A program made the translations under genes and the position numbers. DNA of 63,942 nt, filler included. It is 4 parts of 4 records of this genome, joined end to end, with 100 filler letters (N's around TTAATTAATTAA, not from the genome) between each part and the next. Parts side by side here need not be neighbours in the genome. Positions count along the whole stretch, not along the records: positions 43,464 to 57,549 come from SRR20825019_688; positions 57,650 to 63,942 come from SRR20825019_736; 2 more parts are not named here. One strand, 5' to 3'. This document shows positions 51,642-61,354 of the stretch, piece after piece. How positions within the stretch are numbered: the first letter of the stretch is position 1; the number at the start of each line of letters is the position of its first letter. The notes under the pieces were generated by a model. The model made no database searches, was not told where the DNA came from, and saw only the letters and a program-made list of their open reading frames with translations.

Positions 51642-53051
51642 CTATAGGCCGACCCCATAGGCCTCCCGCATCTGCGCGATCTCGTCCAGTGCCGTCTCGA
51701 ACAGGCTCCAGTCGTCGGCTTCAGCAATGGGCGCCCAGATGGCTTCCACCTCATCGATCAGCATGGTGCGTGGGGTCGCGCGGGCGAAATAGGGGTGGTT
51801 CAGGTTGACGTCGTCGGCCGGGCCATAGGCCTCCATCAGATCGGCAACCGGGCGGAAGGCTTCGCTGGCATAGTGATCGGCCGACGGGCTTTGGGCGGCC
51901 CGCGCAGTGCTCAGGGCCCCGCCGCGCCAGTCGAAGAAGAATTGCTCATAGGGCGCCTTGCTCTGGGCGAGAAAGCCGAACAGGGCGGTGACAAAAGCAC
52001 CGTCCTGTTCAACCGCGCGCGGTTGCAGGCCCAGCCGCCGCAGGATCTGGCGCGGCAATTCCTCGCGGAAGATCGGCCAGACCGTATTGAGCGCCGGTTC
52101 CAGATTTTCGATTGAGGAGAGCGGCAAGAGGCACTCGGCCAGCCGGGTCAGGTTCCAGGCCAGGGTGTCGGGCTGGCGGCCAAATGCATAAAGCCCGGTC
52201 TCGTCGAAATAGGCCGCGGTGAAATCCGGGTCGTAGGCGGGGAGGAAGCGCCAGGGGCCATAGTCAAAACTCTCGCCGGTGATGTTGATATTGTCGGTAT
52301 TGAGCACGCCATGCACGAAACCGGCGGCAATCCATTGCGCGCCGAGCCGGGCCACTTGCGCCACCACGGCCTCGAGCAGGGCGACGGCCTTGTCCTCGGC
52401 GCCGGCCAGGTCGGGGTAGTAATGGGCGATACAATGGTCGACCAGCCGGACCAGGTTTGCGTCGTCCTCAAGATAGGCCAGGCGCTGGAAGGTTCCGATG
52501 CGGATATGGCTGTGGCTCAGCCGCGTCAGCACGGCCGAGCGGGTGGGGGAGGGCTCGTCACCGCGCCAGAGCTGCTCGCCGGTCTCGACCAGCGAGAAAC
52601 TTTTCGAGGTATAGACGCCCAGCACTTCGAGCATTTCGCTGGCCAACACTTCGCGCACCCCGCCCTTGAGCGTCAGCCGCCCATCGCCGCCGCGCGACCA
52701 GGGGGTCTTGCCCGTGCCCTTGGTGCCGAAGTCGAGCAGGCGCCGGTCAACCGGATCAATGCATTGGGCAAACAGAAAGCCACGCCCGTCACCCAGCTCG
52801 GGATTGTAGGCGCGGAACTGATGACCGTGATAGCGCAGCGCCAGCGGCTCGGGAAACGAGCCGGGCAGGGGCTCGAAACGACCGAAATGCTTAAGCCAGG
52901 CGGCCTCGTCCAGATCGCCAAGACCGATGCATTCGGCCCAGCGCTGGTCGCGATGGCGCAACATGGTCTGCGGAAAATCGGCCGGCGCGACGGCATCGAA
53001 AAAATCGTCGCCCAGGCTGGCATGGGCTTTGGATGGGATGAATCGGGTCAT
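51642..53051 (-). CDS. selO: Protein adenylyltransferase SelO/YdiU
   Basis: YHGHQF..LGDGRG, KGTGKTPWSR.GDGR, GFVHGVLNTDN, FDYGP. Confidence 0.93.
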   Translation of the reverse strand: MTRFIPSKAHASLGDDFFDAVAPADFPQTMLRHRDQRWAECIGLGDLDEAAWLKHFGRFEPLPGSFPEPLALRYHGHQFRAYNPELGDGRGFLFAQCIDPVDRRLLDFGTKGTGKTPWSRGGDGRLTLKGGVREVLASEMLEVLGVYTSKSFSLVETGEQLWRGDEPSPTRSAVLTRLSHSHIRIGTFQRLAYLEDDANLVRLVDHCIAHYYPDLAGAEDKAVALLEAVVAQVARLGAQWIAAGFVHGVLNTDNINITGESFDYGPWRFLPAYDPDFTAAYFDETGLYAFGRQPDTLAWNLTRLAECLLPLSSIENLEPALNTVWPIFREELPRQILRRLGLQPRAVEQDGAFVTALFGFLAQSKAPYEQFFFDWRGGALSTARAAQSPSADHYASEAFRPVADLMEAYGPADDVNLNHPYFARATPRTMLIDEVEAIWAPIAEADDWSLFETALDEIAQMREAYGVGL

Positions 53052-53155
53052 GTCCGGGCAACGCTAGCAGAGCGCGTTTGTTTCGTCGCCAGTGCAACCC
53101 GGACCTGCGCCGGCCCGTCTGGCGATCCGGACCAAATCGGCCTATAGAAGGGCAA

Positions 53156-53851
53156 ATGAACACTGCATCTCTCGCGACCCCCGCCGTCATCCGCCTGGCG
53201 CCCTTCGACGCCGCCATTTTCGATATGGATGGCACTCTGCTCGACACCGAAGCGGTGTTCCGCGACATCGTCTTTGATGTCTGCACCGAGCTGGGTTTTG
53301 AAATGACCCATGATGTGCATAGCGCCATGGTGGGATCGAGCCATGAGCGCACCAATCAGCTGCTGATCGAGGCCTATGGGGTGGCATTTCCCTATGCCAT
53401 GTTCGACGAGAAATGCCGCCTGACCATGCGTGAACGCAGCCATGCGGGCGTGCCGGTCAAGCCCGGCGCCAAGGCGTTCATCTCCGAGTTGCGTGCACGC
53501 GGCATCCCCACGGCGGTCGCCACGTCTTCGCGCAATCCCCATGCCGAACATCATTTGAGCGCGGCGGGCCTGCTGGATCTGTTCGAGACCGTGGTGACGC
53601 GGGATGACGTGGTCAATCCCAAGCCGCACCCCGAACCCTATCTGATCGCCGCCGAACGCCTGGGCGTCGATCCGACCCGCTGCCTGGCGCTTGAAGACAG
53701 CCATTCTGGCGTGCACGCCGCCCATGCCGCGGGCATGCAGACGGTGATGGTGCCCGACCTTGTGGGCCCCAATGATGCCATCCATGCGCTGGGCATTTCT
53801 ATCATGGAAAGCCTTGTGCATGTGCACATGGCCGCCTTCGAGCGCGACTGA
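53156..53851 (+). CDS. HAD-superfamily phosphatase (beta-PGM/CbbY-like)
   Basis: FDMDGTLLDTE, ATSS, KPHPEPY, LEDS..G. Confidence 0.9.
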   Translation: MNTASLATPAVIRLAPFDAAIFDMDGTLLDTEAVFRDIVFDVCTELGFEMTHDVHSAMVGSSHERTNQLLIEAYGVAFPYAMFDEKCRLTMRERSHAGVPVKPGAKAFISELRARGIPTAVATSSRNPHAEHHLSAAGLLDLFETVVTRDDVVNPKPHPEPYLIAAERLGVDPTRCLALEDSHSGVHAAHAAGMQTVMVPDLVGPNDAIHALGISIMESLVHVHMAAFERD

Positions 53852-53874
53852 GCGGCAACACTGCTGAACAAAAA

Positions 53875-54027
53875 TTAACCATTCGCGTAAATCGATAAAG
53901 CTTTATCCAATGGGGTAAGGCTGCGTTCAGCACGCCGAAAACTGCCGAAAATCAGGGGTTTCCCTGGGTTCACAGGGGCGTTAACTCTGCTTTAAGTCGC
54001 TAACGGCTATGGTTAACCAGCCGTAAA
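53875..54027 (+). promoter_or_regulatory. CtrA-type binding sites upstream of the cell wall hydrolase
   Basis: Perfect TTAA-N7-TTAA at 53981-53995, near-match TTAA-N7-TAAA at 54013-54027, half site TTAACCAT at 53875. Confidence 0.7.
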
Positions 54028-54153
54028 TTTCGACTTCCATCCCGTGGCCAGCTTGTCTAGTGTGCCGCCCGGGAAGTGCAGGGACCTTGTATGGGGTCCC
54101 GGATCTAGAAGGCCCGCCGGAAGACCGGACGGGCCCAGGGGTAAGGACCGGGC

Positions 54154-55041
54154 ATGCAATTTGGCTGGCAGCAGAAAATAGCGCGTGCCGTTTCGCCCAT
54201 GCTGGCGATTGGTGCTGCTGCACTGGTTCTGTTCGTCACCCTCTCGCCTGCCCAGGCCCAGACCGACATCTTCCCCCAGACCATGCCCGAAGAGATTAGC
54301 GCCTTGCGTGAGCAGGCTGCGCTGGGTGCGACCGCCGTGCCGCTGGCGCCGGGCCAGCAGAAGCTGACACCGGCCCTGCTCGCCAATTACGTCAAACGCC
54401 AGCAGCAATTGCGCTCGGTCGATGTGACGCTGGGCGGTCCGCAGCCCGCCCTCACCAACGACCTGCTGATGGGCTATATCAGCCGGGGCTCGCTGGGCGG
54501 CGGCAATACCGCGCTCTCGGCCATTGCCAGCTTCACCGAGCCGCTGCCGCGCTCGGCGCCCTCGGTGTCCGCCGACCTGCTCTCCGATTATATCCAGAAT
54601 GGCTATCAGCCGACCGCCAAGCGCGTCGAATATGCCAATAAGGAGCGCGAGTGCCTGGCCCAGGCCATCTATCATGAGGCCCGCGGCGAAACCGCGACCG
54701 GCCAGACCGCCGTGGCCAATGTCATCGTCAATCGGGCCCGGTCCTCGAAATTTCCCGGCTCGCTCTGCGGCGTGATCTATCAGAATGCCGAAAAGGGCCG
54801 CTATCGCTGCCAGTTCACCTTTGCCTGTGACGGCCGCGACGATACGCCGGGCGAACGCCGCGCCTGGGCGCGCTCGATGGATCTGGCCAACAAGGTCTAT
54901 GCCGAATTCGCCCTGGGCGAGGAAATCGGCGTGGTGCCCGGCTCGACGCTCTACTATCACACCACTGCGGTCTATCCGTCCTGGGCCAACACCTTCGCCC
55001 GCGTTGCCGTGGTCGACAGCCACATCTTTTACGCCCCCTGA
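54154..55041 (+). CDS. SleB-like cell wall hydrolase (Hydrolase_2)
   Basis: Signal peptide ending AQA; CLAQAIYHEARGE, VANVIVNR, CGVIYQ, CQFTFACDG, HIFY. Confidence 0.9.
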   Translation: MQFGWQQKIARAVSPMLAIGAAALVLFVTLSPAQAQTDIFPQTMPEEISALREQAALGATAVPLAPGQQKLTPALLANYVKRQQQLRSVDVTLGGPQPALTNDLLMGYISRGSLGGGNTALSAIASFTEPLPRSAPSVSADLLSDYIQNGYQPTAKRVEYANKERECLAQAIYHEARGETATGQTAVANVIVNRARSSKFPGSLCGVIYQNAEKGRYRCQFTFACDGRDDTPGERRAWARSMDLANKVYAEFALGEEIGVVPGSTLYYHTTAVYPSWANTFARVAVVDSHIFYAP

Positions 55042-55065
55042 TCGGGCCGCATCGGGACGGGTATG

Positions 55066-55098
55066 AAAAAAGGGCGCCAGCGGCGCCCTTCTTGTTTT
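55066..55098. terminator. Bidirectional intrinsic terminator
   Basis: A-run, AAGGGCGCC-AGC-GGCGCCCTT, then CTTGTTTT, between convergent genes. Confidence 0.85.
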
Positions 55099-55105
55099 GG
55101 GCCGT

Positions 55106-56698
55106 CTATTCGGCGGCCATCTGCAGCCTTGGACCGGCATTCGCATTGGCCTCGGGGCCGAACTTCTCAAAGTTCTTGCGGAACAGCGCCACCAGTTTTG
55201 TCGCCTGGACATCATAGGCATCGCCATCGGCCCAGCACTGGCGCGGGTCAAGCAGGCGCTCCTCCACCCCCGGCACGCTCATCGGCACCTCAAAGCCGAA
55301 CAGCGGGTCGAACCGCATCTCGACGGAAGCGAGTTCGCCGTCCAGTGCCGCGCTCAGCAGGCGCCGGGTCGAGGCGATATCGATGCGCTTGCCCACCCCA
55401 TAGGCGCCGCCGATCCAGCCGGTATTGAGCAGCCAGGCCTGCGCGCCGCTGTTGCGAAGCCGTTCGGCCAGCATCTGCCCATAGACCGTGGGGTGCAGTG
55501 GCATGAAGGGGGCGCCGAAACAGGCCGAAAAGGTTGCCTGCGGTTCGGTGACGCCACGTTCGGTGCCTGCGACCTTGGCGGTATAGCCCGAAAGGAAGTG
55601 ATAGACGGCCTGATCGGGCGAGAGCCGCGCCAATGGCGGCAGGACGCCGAAGGCATCGGCGGTCAGGAACACCACGGTTTTCGGCGTGCCGCCCACGCTG
55701 CCCCGGGCGATCGAGGGCAGCACATCGATGGGATAGGCCGCGCGGGTGTTTTCGGTCAGCGAGACATCTTCGAACTGAGGCGCATGGGCGTCGTCGAGCA
55801 CGACGTTTTCCAGCACCGTGCCGAAGCGGCGCGTGGCTTCAAAGATTTCCGGCTCGGCCTTGGCCGACAGATTGACCGTCTTGGCGTAGCACCCGCCTTC
55901 GAGATTGAAGACGCCATTATCGCTCCAGCCATGCTCGTCATCGCCGATCAGCGGGCGCTTGGGATCGTTGGACAGGGTGGTCTTGCCGGTGCCCGAGAGC
56001 CCGAAGAACAGCGCCGCCTCGCCTTCGGGGCCGAGATTGGCCGAGCAGTGCATGGGCAGGACGCCCTGCCCTGGGGCGTGGAAATTGAACAGCGAGAACA
56101 CGCTCTTCTTGATCTCGCCGGCATAGCGGGTGCCCGCGATCAGGACGATATTGCGGCTCATGTCGAGCGCAATCACCGTCTCGGTGCGGCAGCCATGCCG
56201 CGCCGGGTCCGCCTGGAACAGGGGCGCGTGAATGATGGTCACCGGGACCGCGTCGTCCGACCGGGCGATCTCCTCGCCGGGCCGGATCAGCAGATTGCGA
56301 ATGAACAGCGCATGCCAGGCGCTGGGGGTCAGAACACTCACGTCATATTGGTGCGCGGGATCGGCCCCGGCCAGCAGGTCCTGGCGGCAGAGCGCCTGCC
56401 CGCTCAGATGCGCGGTGATGTCGCCCAGCAGCACATCGAACTGGTCCGGGCTGATGGCGCCCGAATTGTCCCACCAGACGCGATCCTGGGTCAGGAGATC
56501 GCGCACGATGAACTTGTCCTTTGGCGAGCGGCCGGTAAAGGCACCGGTTTCCACCACCAGCGCGCCATCCCTGGTCAGGCGCGCCCCGCCTTGTCCAATG
56601 GCCGCAGCAACCAGTGCCGGGGCTATGGCGTTGTCGCTAAGCGCACTTGCCGCTGCAGCAAGGCTGGTCCGCAGATGGGTGTGATCGTAGCCGGGCAT
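55106..56698 (-). CDS. pckA: Phosphoenolpyruvate carboxykinase (ATP)
   Basis: [49 protein letters not shown]; start MPGYD with GGAGAG RBS. Confidence 0.96.
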   Translation of the reverse strand: MPGYDHTHLRTSLAAAASALSDNAIAPALVAAAIGQGGARLTRDGALVVETGAFTGRSPKDKFIVRDLLTQDRVWWDNSGAISPDQFDVLLGDITAHLSGQALCRQDLLAGADPAHQYDVSVLTPSAWHALFIRNLLIRPGEEIARSDDAVPVTIIHAPLFQADPARHGCRTETVIALDMSRNIVLIAGTRYAGEIKKSVFSLFNFHAPGQGVLPMHCSANLGPEGEAALFFGLSGTGKTTLSNDPKRPLIGDDEHGWSDNGVFNLEGGCYAKTVNLSAKAEPEIFEATRRFGTVLENVVLDDAHAPQFEDVSLTENTRAAYPIDVLPSIARGSVGGTPKTVVFLTADAFGVLPPLARLSPDQAVYHFLSGYTAKVAGTERGVTEPQATFSACFGAPFMPLHPTVYGQMLAERLRNSGAQAWLLNTGWIGGAYGVGKRIDIASTRRLLSAALDGELASVEMRFDPLFGFEVPMSVPGVEERLLDPRQCWADGDAYDVQATKLVALFRKNFEKFGPEANANAGPRLQMAAE

Positions 56699-56961
56699 AA
56701 TGTCGTACTCTCCACGCGGCCGCCCAATGGCTTTGGCGGCGTCTTGAGAGCAAAATAGGGGGGTGGAGCGGCGGCCGACATCCCGAAATCGGTCGTACGA
56801 CGGAAGTTGGATGAAGCCGATACATGCAGGCAAGACTGGCGCAATGCAGGCGCGCGCCTTATTTAATACGTAATTGTCGCCTGCAAAGTCGCTCAACCGG
56901 CCCATTCAACATTGTATGGTGCTGCACCCAAGAGCCTGCGTCACGAGAAGAAAGGCAGCTT

Positions 56962-57549
56962 ATGCCAAAGATCGCCCTGGTGGACGATGACCGCAATATC
57001 CTCACCTCCGTGTCCCTGACCCTGGAAGCGGAGGGGTATCAGGTCGCCACCTATACCGACGGCGCCTCGGGCCTGGAGGGCTTGACCACAGACAAGCCCG
57101 ACCTTGCCATTCTCGATATCAAGATGCCGCGCATGGACGGCATGGAACTGCTGCGCCGCCTGCGGCAGAAATCCGATGTGCCGGTGATCTTCCTCACCTC
57201 CAAGGATGAGGAAATCGACGAACTCTTCGGCCTCAAAATGGGCGCCGACGACTTCATCACCAAGCCTTTCAGCCAGCGTCTGCTGGTCGAGCGCGTCAAG
57301 GCCATTCTGCGCCGGTCGGCGCCGCGCGATCCCTCTGCCACCGGCACGAGCGGCGGCGAGGCCTCGCCCAGCAAGGCCCTGATCGAGCGCGGTGCGCTGG
57401 TGATGGACGAAGAACGCCATACCTGCACCTGGAAGGGACAGAGGGTGACCCTGACGGTCACCGAATTCCTGATCCTGCAGGCCCTGGCGCTGCGGCCGGG
57501 CGTCGTCAAGTCGCGCAATGCGCTGATGGATGCCGCCTATGACGATCAG
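56962..57549 (+). CDS. chvI: OmpR-family response regulator ChvI, 3'-truncated
   Basis: [57 protein letters not shown]; canonical divergent position next to pckA. Confidence 0.93.
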
Positions 57550-57649
57550 NNNNNNNNNNNNNNNNNNNNNNNNNNNNNNNNNNNNNNNNNNNNTTAATTA
57601 ATTAANNNNNNNNNNNNNNNNNNNNNNNNNNNNNNNNNNNNNNNNNNNN
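57550..57649. other. Artificial contig spacer
   Basis: Same 100-nt structure. Confidence 0.98.
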
Positions 57650-57747
57650 GGCGATACCTCCGCATCCGCATGACCGGGACTAATTCCGGTGGTAATTGGA
57701 ACCTCAACTGCTCCGGTCTCGAGGTGTTTGGGGTGTTGCACGTGTGA
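57650..57747 (+). CDS. 3' end of a gene with a galactose-binding-like (F5/8 / SUN-like) domain as in HECTD1 or BTB proteins
   Basis: Not in the ORF track. Translation RYLRIRMTGTNSGGNWNLNCSGLEVFGVLHV-stop matches the R.IRI..TG.N..G...L..SG.E.YG pattern. Confidence 0.7.
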
Positions 57748-58868
57748 GCACGGTCCGGTGGGTACTGACTTCACGTCGGATTGATGTGGGGATGGATGAT
57801 GGACTGAGCCGCGGATCCAACGGCAGCCTCTGACTCCTCCCTGGCACGGATGGTCGCATCATAAGCTGCCAGACCACACCGGTGCGCACGGTACCAAACT
57901 GGTGGCCCGCCCTAAGCTGGTCGAGCGTTAGCTGTGCCGGAGGGGGCCCCATTCCAACATCACCGCTCGCGGCTCCTGCCAGCCCGATGGCGACTGGCAT
58001 GGCCAGTGGCATGGCCAGTCAGCCCAGGAGAGCCACCTCGTCTGTTCTTTGAACTGTAGCCAAGGTGGCAGCGCGTTTGCCTTGTCGAGGATGGGCGAAT
58101 CCCTCAAGTGCCCCGAGGCTGATGTATGTATATAAACCAACAACTTTTTGCGGACTGGTGGGAATGCGTTGGCATCCGGTACTGATGTGGACGGCGATGA
58201 TTGAGAACATCGTATGTGCGGTTTCCGACCAGGGATCAAGTTACACAGCGGATCACGGTGCACGCGGGCACTCGGCCCGGGCGGGCGGCCGCGGCGGGGT
58301 CACCGATTTTTTTGGCGATCCGGGGCGCCACGGGTGCGCTGCCGTCCCTACGGCACGGGCTAGGCCGGGCGACGGGACGAAGCATGGGGGACTGACTGAC
58401 AGGCGACCGGTCGCGAGTCCGGGCCCGCCGCCCCGGCGCTCGGCGGGGTCAGCCGCGGGCCCCGCCGGGACCCGGCCCGGCCGGCGGCGCCGCCCCGGCA
58501 AGGGCCTGTTGACTCCCAGGCATGACGGCAACCCGACCGCGTCAATAAATTATTTTGTTGCGGACCCGGACCGCACCCACCTGTGCACGGACCGGAGCCG
58601 TGCGCCCGGCCTCTGACCGCTGCCCGCACTGCACCCCCGGCCCACGGCGAGCTCGGAACCGCCGCGGCCCCGACCCCGTGCTGAGGAGGCCGCACCCAGC
58701 GCCGGCCCCTGCCCGGCCGGGCCGGCTCGGCCGACGGGGCTACCGCACTGAGCCGGCACGGGTGACTGCGCGCCTGGCGCCGGGCACGCATTCCGGCGAG
58801 GCTTTGAGACTACGTATTTCTAACTCCGCCCTTAGCTCAGCGTACACACCACCCGGCGAAAAGGGAGT

Positions 58869-61225
58869 ATGACCGACTATACCGGGGCAGCGTCCCCAAA
58901 GTCGCGGTCTCTATCAGCAACGGGCGGCTCGGTGGTGGCGGGAACGGTGGAGCCTGACGAGTCTTGGACGGCCCCTCGCGTTGTCACGCCTCGTCGCCGC
59001 CACAGGTCATACAGTGGTGTGGCCGCCGACCTCGGCTTTGATTCTCAGATGAGCGGTACACGGCCCTATACCTGCCTTCGCGCCATGCTGACTGTGTCCG
59101 CAGGAAAGCCCTCTAAGAGCCGCGGGCGAGGCTTTGAGGCACTGCAGGCACAGCGGCGCTCCAAGGCCCCCCCATCGGCGGGGAACTCATCTTCAGACGA
59201 CAGCGTCGACTATGAAACCCAGGCCCGCCGGCCCCAGCTGTTCCGAAGCGTTGCTGCGGAGGAGGTGCGCACTGTTGCTTGTGAATGAGGGCTGTGGTGG
59301 AGGTTTTGATGCGTGCTTATCTGGGCTCGCGGCCACTTTCGTCATCGTGTTTCTTGTGGAGTTTGGAGTTTGTGTTGTTTTGATGTCCGCGGCTTGCCCC
59401 GGCACTGCCCCCAGAGATATGGCCTTGCCTGTGCTGTTGGAATGTGGCGGGGATGCTGGGTTGACTTACCAAAGGGTCCCTGCAGAGCCATCAGATCACA
59501 CTGCCCCAGAGCGACGCCATTCGCTCCCTTCAGTTTGACTATGTGAGTGGACAAGCCGTCCTGTCCTTGGCAGTGTAACCATGCTGAAACCACCCTTACC
59601 AGCATGGCCATGGGCAGGCGCCACAGACACACACCGTCGCGATGGTGTGCGATTTCTTCTACCCCCGATTGGGAGGCGTGGAGAACCACCTCTACCAGCT
59701 GAGCCAGTGCCTCATCGAGCGTGGCCACAAGGTCATCATCATCACGCACCTCTATGGTCGCCGCACCGGTGTGCGCTACATGACCGACGGCCTCAAGGTG
59801 TACTATACACCGTTCACTCCATTTGTCGACATGGTGACATTCCCCACATTCTATAGCTTTTTCCCGCTCTTTCGCGACATCTGCATCCGTGAGGGGGTCA
59901 CCATTGTCCACGGCCACCAGGTAAGACGGTTATTGGCGATGGTTGACCGTGAATCCATTCTGAGCGCGTTGGTTGTGCCGCAGGCGACGTCGATGCTTGC
60001 CCACGAGGCCCTAATGCATGCGGCAACTATGGGTCTGAGGACTGTTTACACGGGTATGTGTTTAGGACATGGCGCCAAGGGGGGCGTGTTTGCGGGGACG
60101 GCACGGGCGACTGATATTGTGAGACAGATCACTCTCTCTTTGGGTTTGCGGACGCGGCCTCGATACACATCAACAAGCTGTGCAAGTTCACGCTGTCGAA
60201 TGTTGACCAGGTCATCACGGTGTCACACACTGGCCGTGAGAATACCACGCTTAGAGCTAAACTGGACCCTCGGAACGTGGCAGTGATCCCCAATGCCGTG
60301 GATCCCACCAGCTTCGTGCCAAACCCACAGGCACGCGACCCGAACACGAGTAAGTCAGGGACGCGAAGGCCGCCCGTTCCTGTCGCTGATGCTGTGACGC
60401 AGTAACGATTGTTGTCCTGAGTCGCCTCGTGTACCGCAAGGGCGTGGACTTGGTAGTCGACGTCATTCCAGAGATATGCAATCGCCACCCGCTGGTGAAC
60501 TTTATTATCGGGGGGGACGGGCCGGAGCGTATCAAACTCGAGGAGATGCGTGATAAGTACCAGCTGCACGACCGGGTCGAGATGCTAGGGGCGATAGCCC
60601 ACGCGGATGTGAGGAGCGTGCTGTGTCGGGGGCACATCTTTCTCAACTGCTCATTGACCGAAGCGTTTTGCATCGCGATCCTTGAGGCGGCTAGCTGCGG
60701 GTAGGGCGGAGTGTGTTGGCAAGGGATCCGATCGTCTGACTCTGTTGACGTAGACTGATGGTGGTCAGTACACGGGTGGGCGGGATCCCGGAGGTTTTGC
60801 CCTCCCATATGATCAAGTTATGCGACCCAACATCTGCGAGTGAGTGATTTCGTTCGTGCCTTAGCGGTTGATTCTCACCAGGTGCCGCAGACCTTGTCGA
60901 TAAGCTATCTGAGGTGATGCCTCTCGTTCACAAGGTGCAGCCGTACGAGTTCCACGAGCAGGTCAAGGAGATGTATTCATGGAGAAATGTGGCTCAACGA
61001 ACAGAAATAGTGTACGATCGGATATCGGCTCTCCCGGGCCGGCCGCTGCTGCGGAGACTGGAGAGATACCACGAATGCGGCAAGTTTGCCGGGATCTTGT
61101 TTGCTTGCTTGTCGGCGATGGACTATTTGGTGTTGGTGTTCTTGGAGTGGCTGAGGCCCGAGTCGGGCATTGAGAGGGCGCGCACATTCCCGCGTCTCAG
61201 GCGGAACCAAGTGATCTCCATGTGA
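58869..61225 (+). CDS. PIGA: Phosphatidylinositol N-acetylglucosaminyltransferase subunit A (GPI biosynthesis), spliced
   Basis: Exons 58869-59055, 59104-59264, 59486-59542, 59603-59920, 59984-60053, 60128-60349, 60403-60700, 60754-60839, 60891-61225; all GT-AG and in phase. Splicing restores [54 protein letters not shown]. Exons 4-9 are firm; exons 1-3 are less so. Confidence 0.88.
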
Positions 61226-61354
61226 GCCCGCACGATGCCAAAAGCTGCATAGTCTCACACGCGTGGCTGGGCCGTGGCCCCCGCCCTGCCGGCACCGCCT
61301 CAGCACAGACACACGGAAGTATCGTTTTGATTCAACAAGTTTTATGTCATTTCG

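Noticed and set aside
51642..51700. Selenocysteine recoding in selO
   Set aside because: The ORF ends in TAG after YGVGL, with no in-frame TGA or C-terminal Cys/Sec motif.
26811..56758. Many long antisense ORFs in the bacterial blocks (e.g. 34232-36244, 55097-56758, 29231-30613)
   Set aside because: Expected shadows of high-GC coding sequence; each overlaps a well-supported gene and has no recognisable motif.
58260..58800. Overlapping GC-rich ORFs upstream of PIG-A
   Set aside because: Arg/Pro/Gly/Ala-rich translations in all frames with no motif; more likely a GC-rich promoter or intergenic region.
59604..59641. 2-nt frameshift in a CA run giving a short PIG-A start ([14 protein letters not shown])
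   Set aside because: Possible, but the spliced model needs no sequence error and gives [11 protein letters not shown], which matches the usual PIG-A context.
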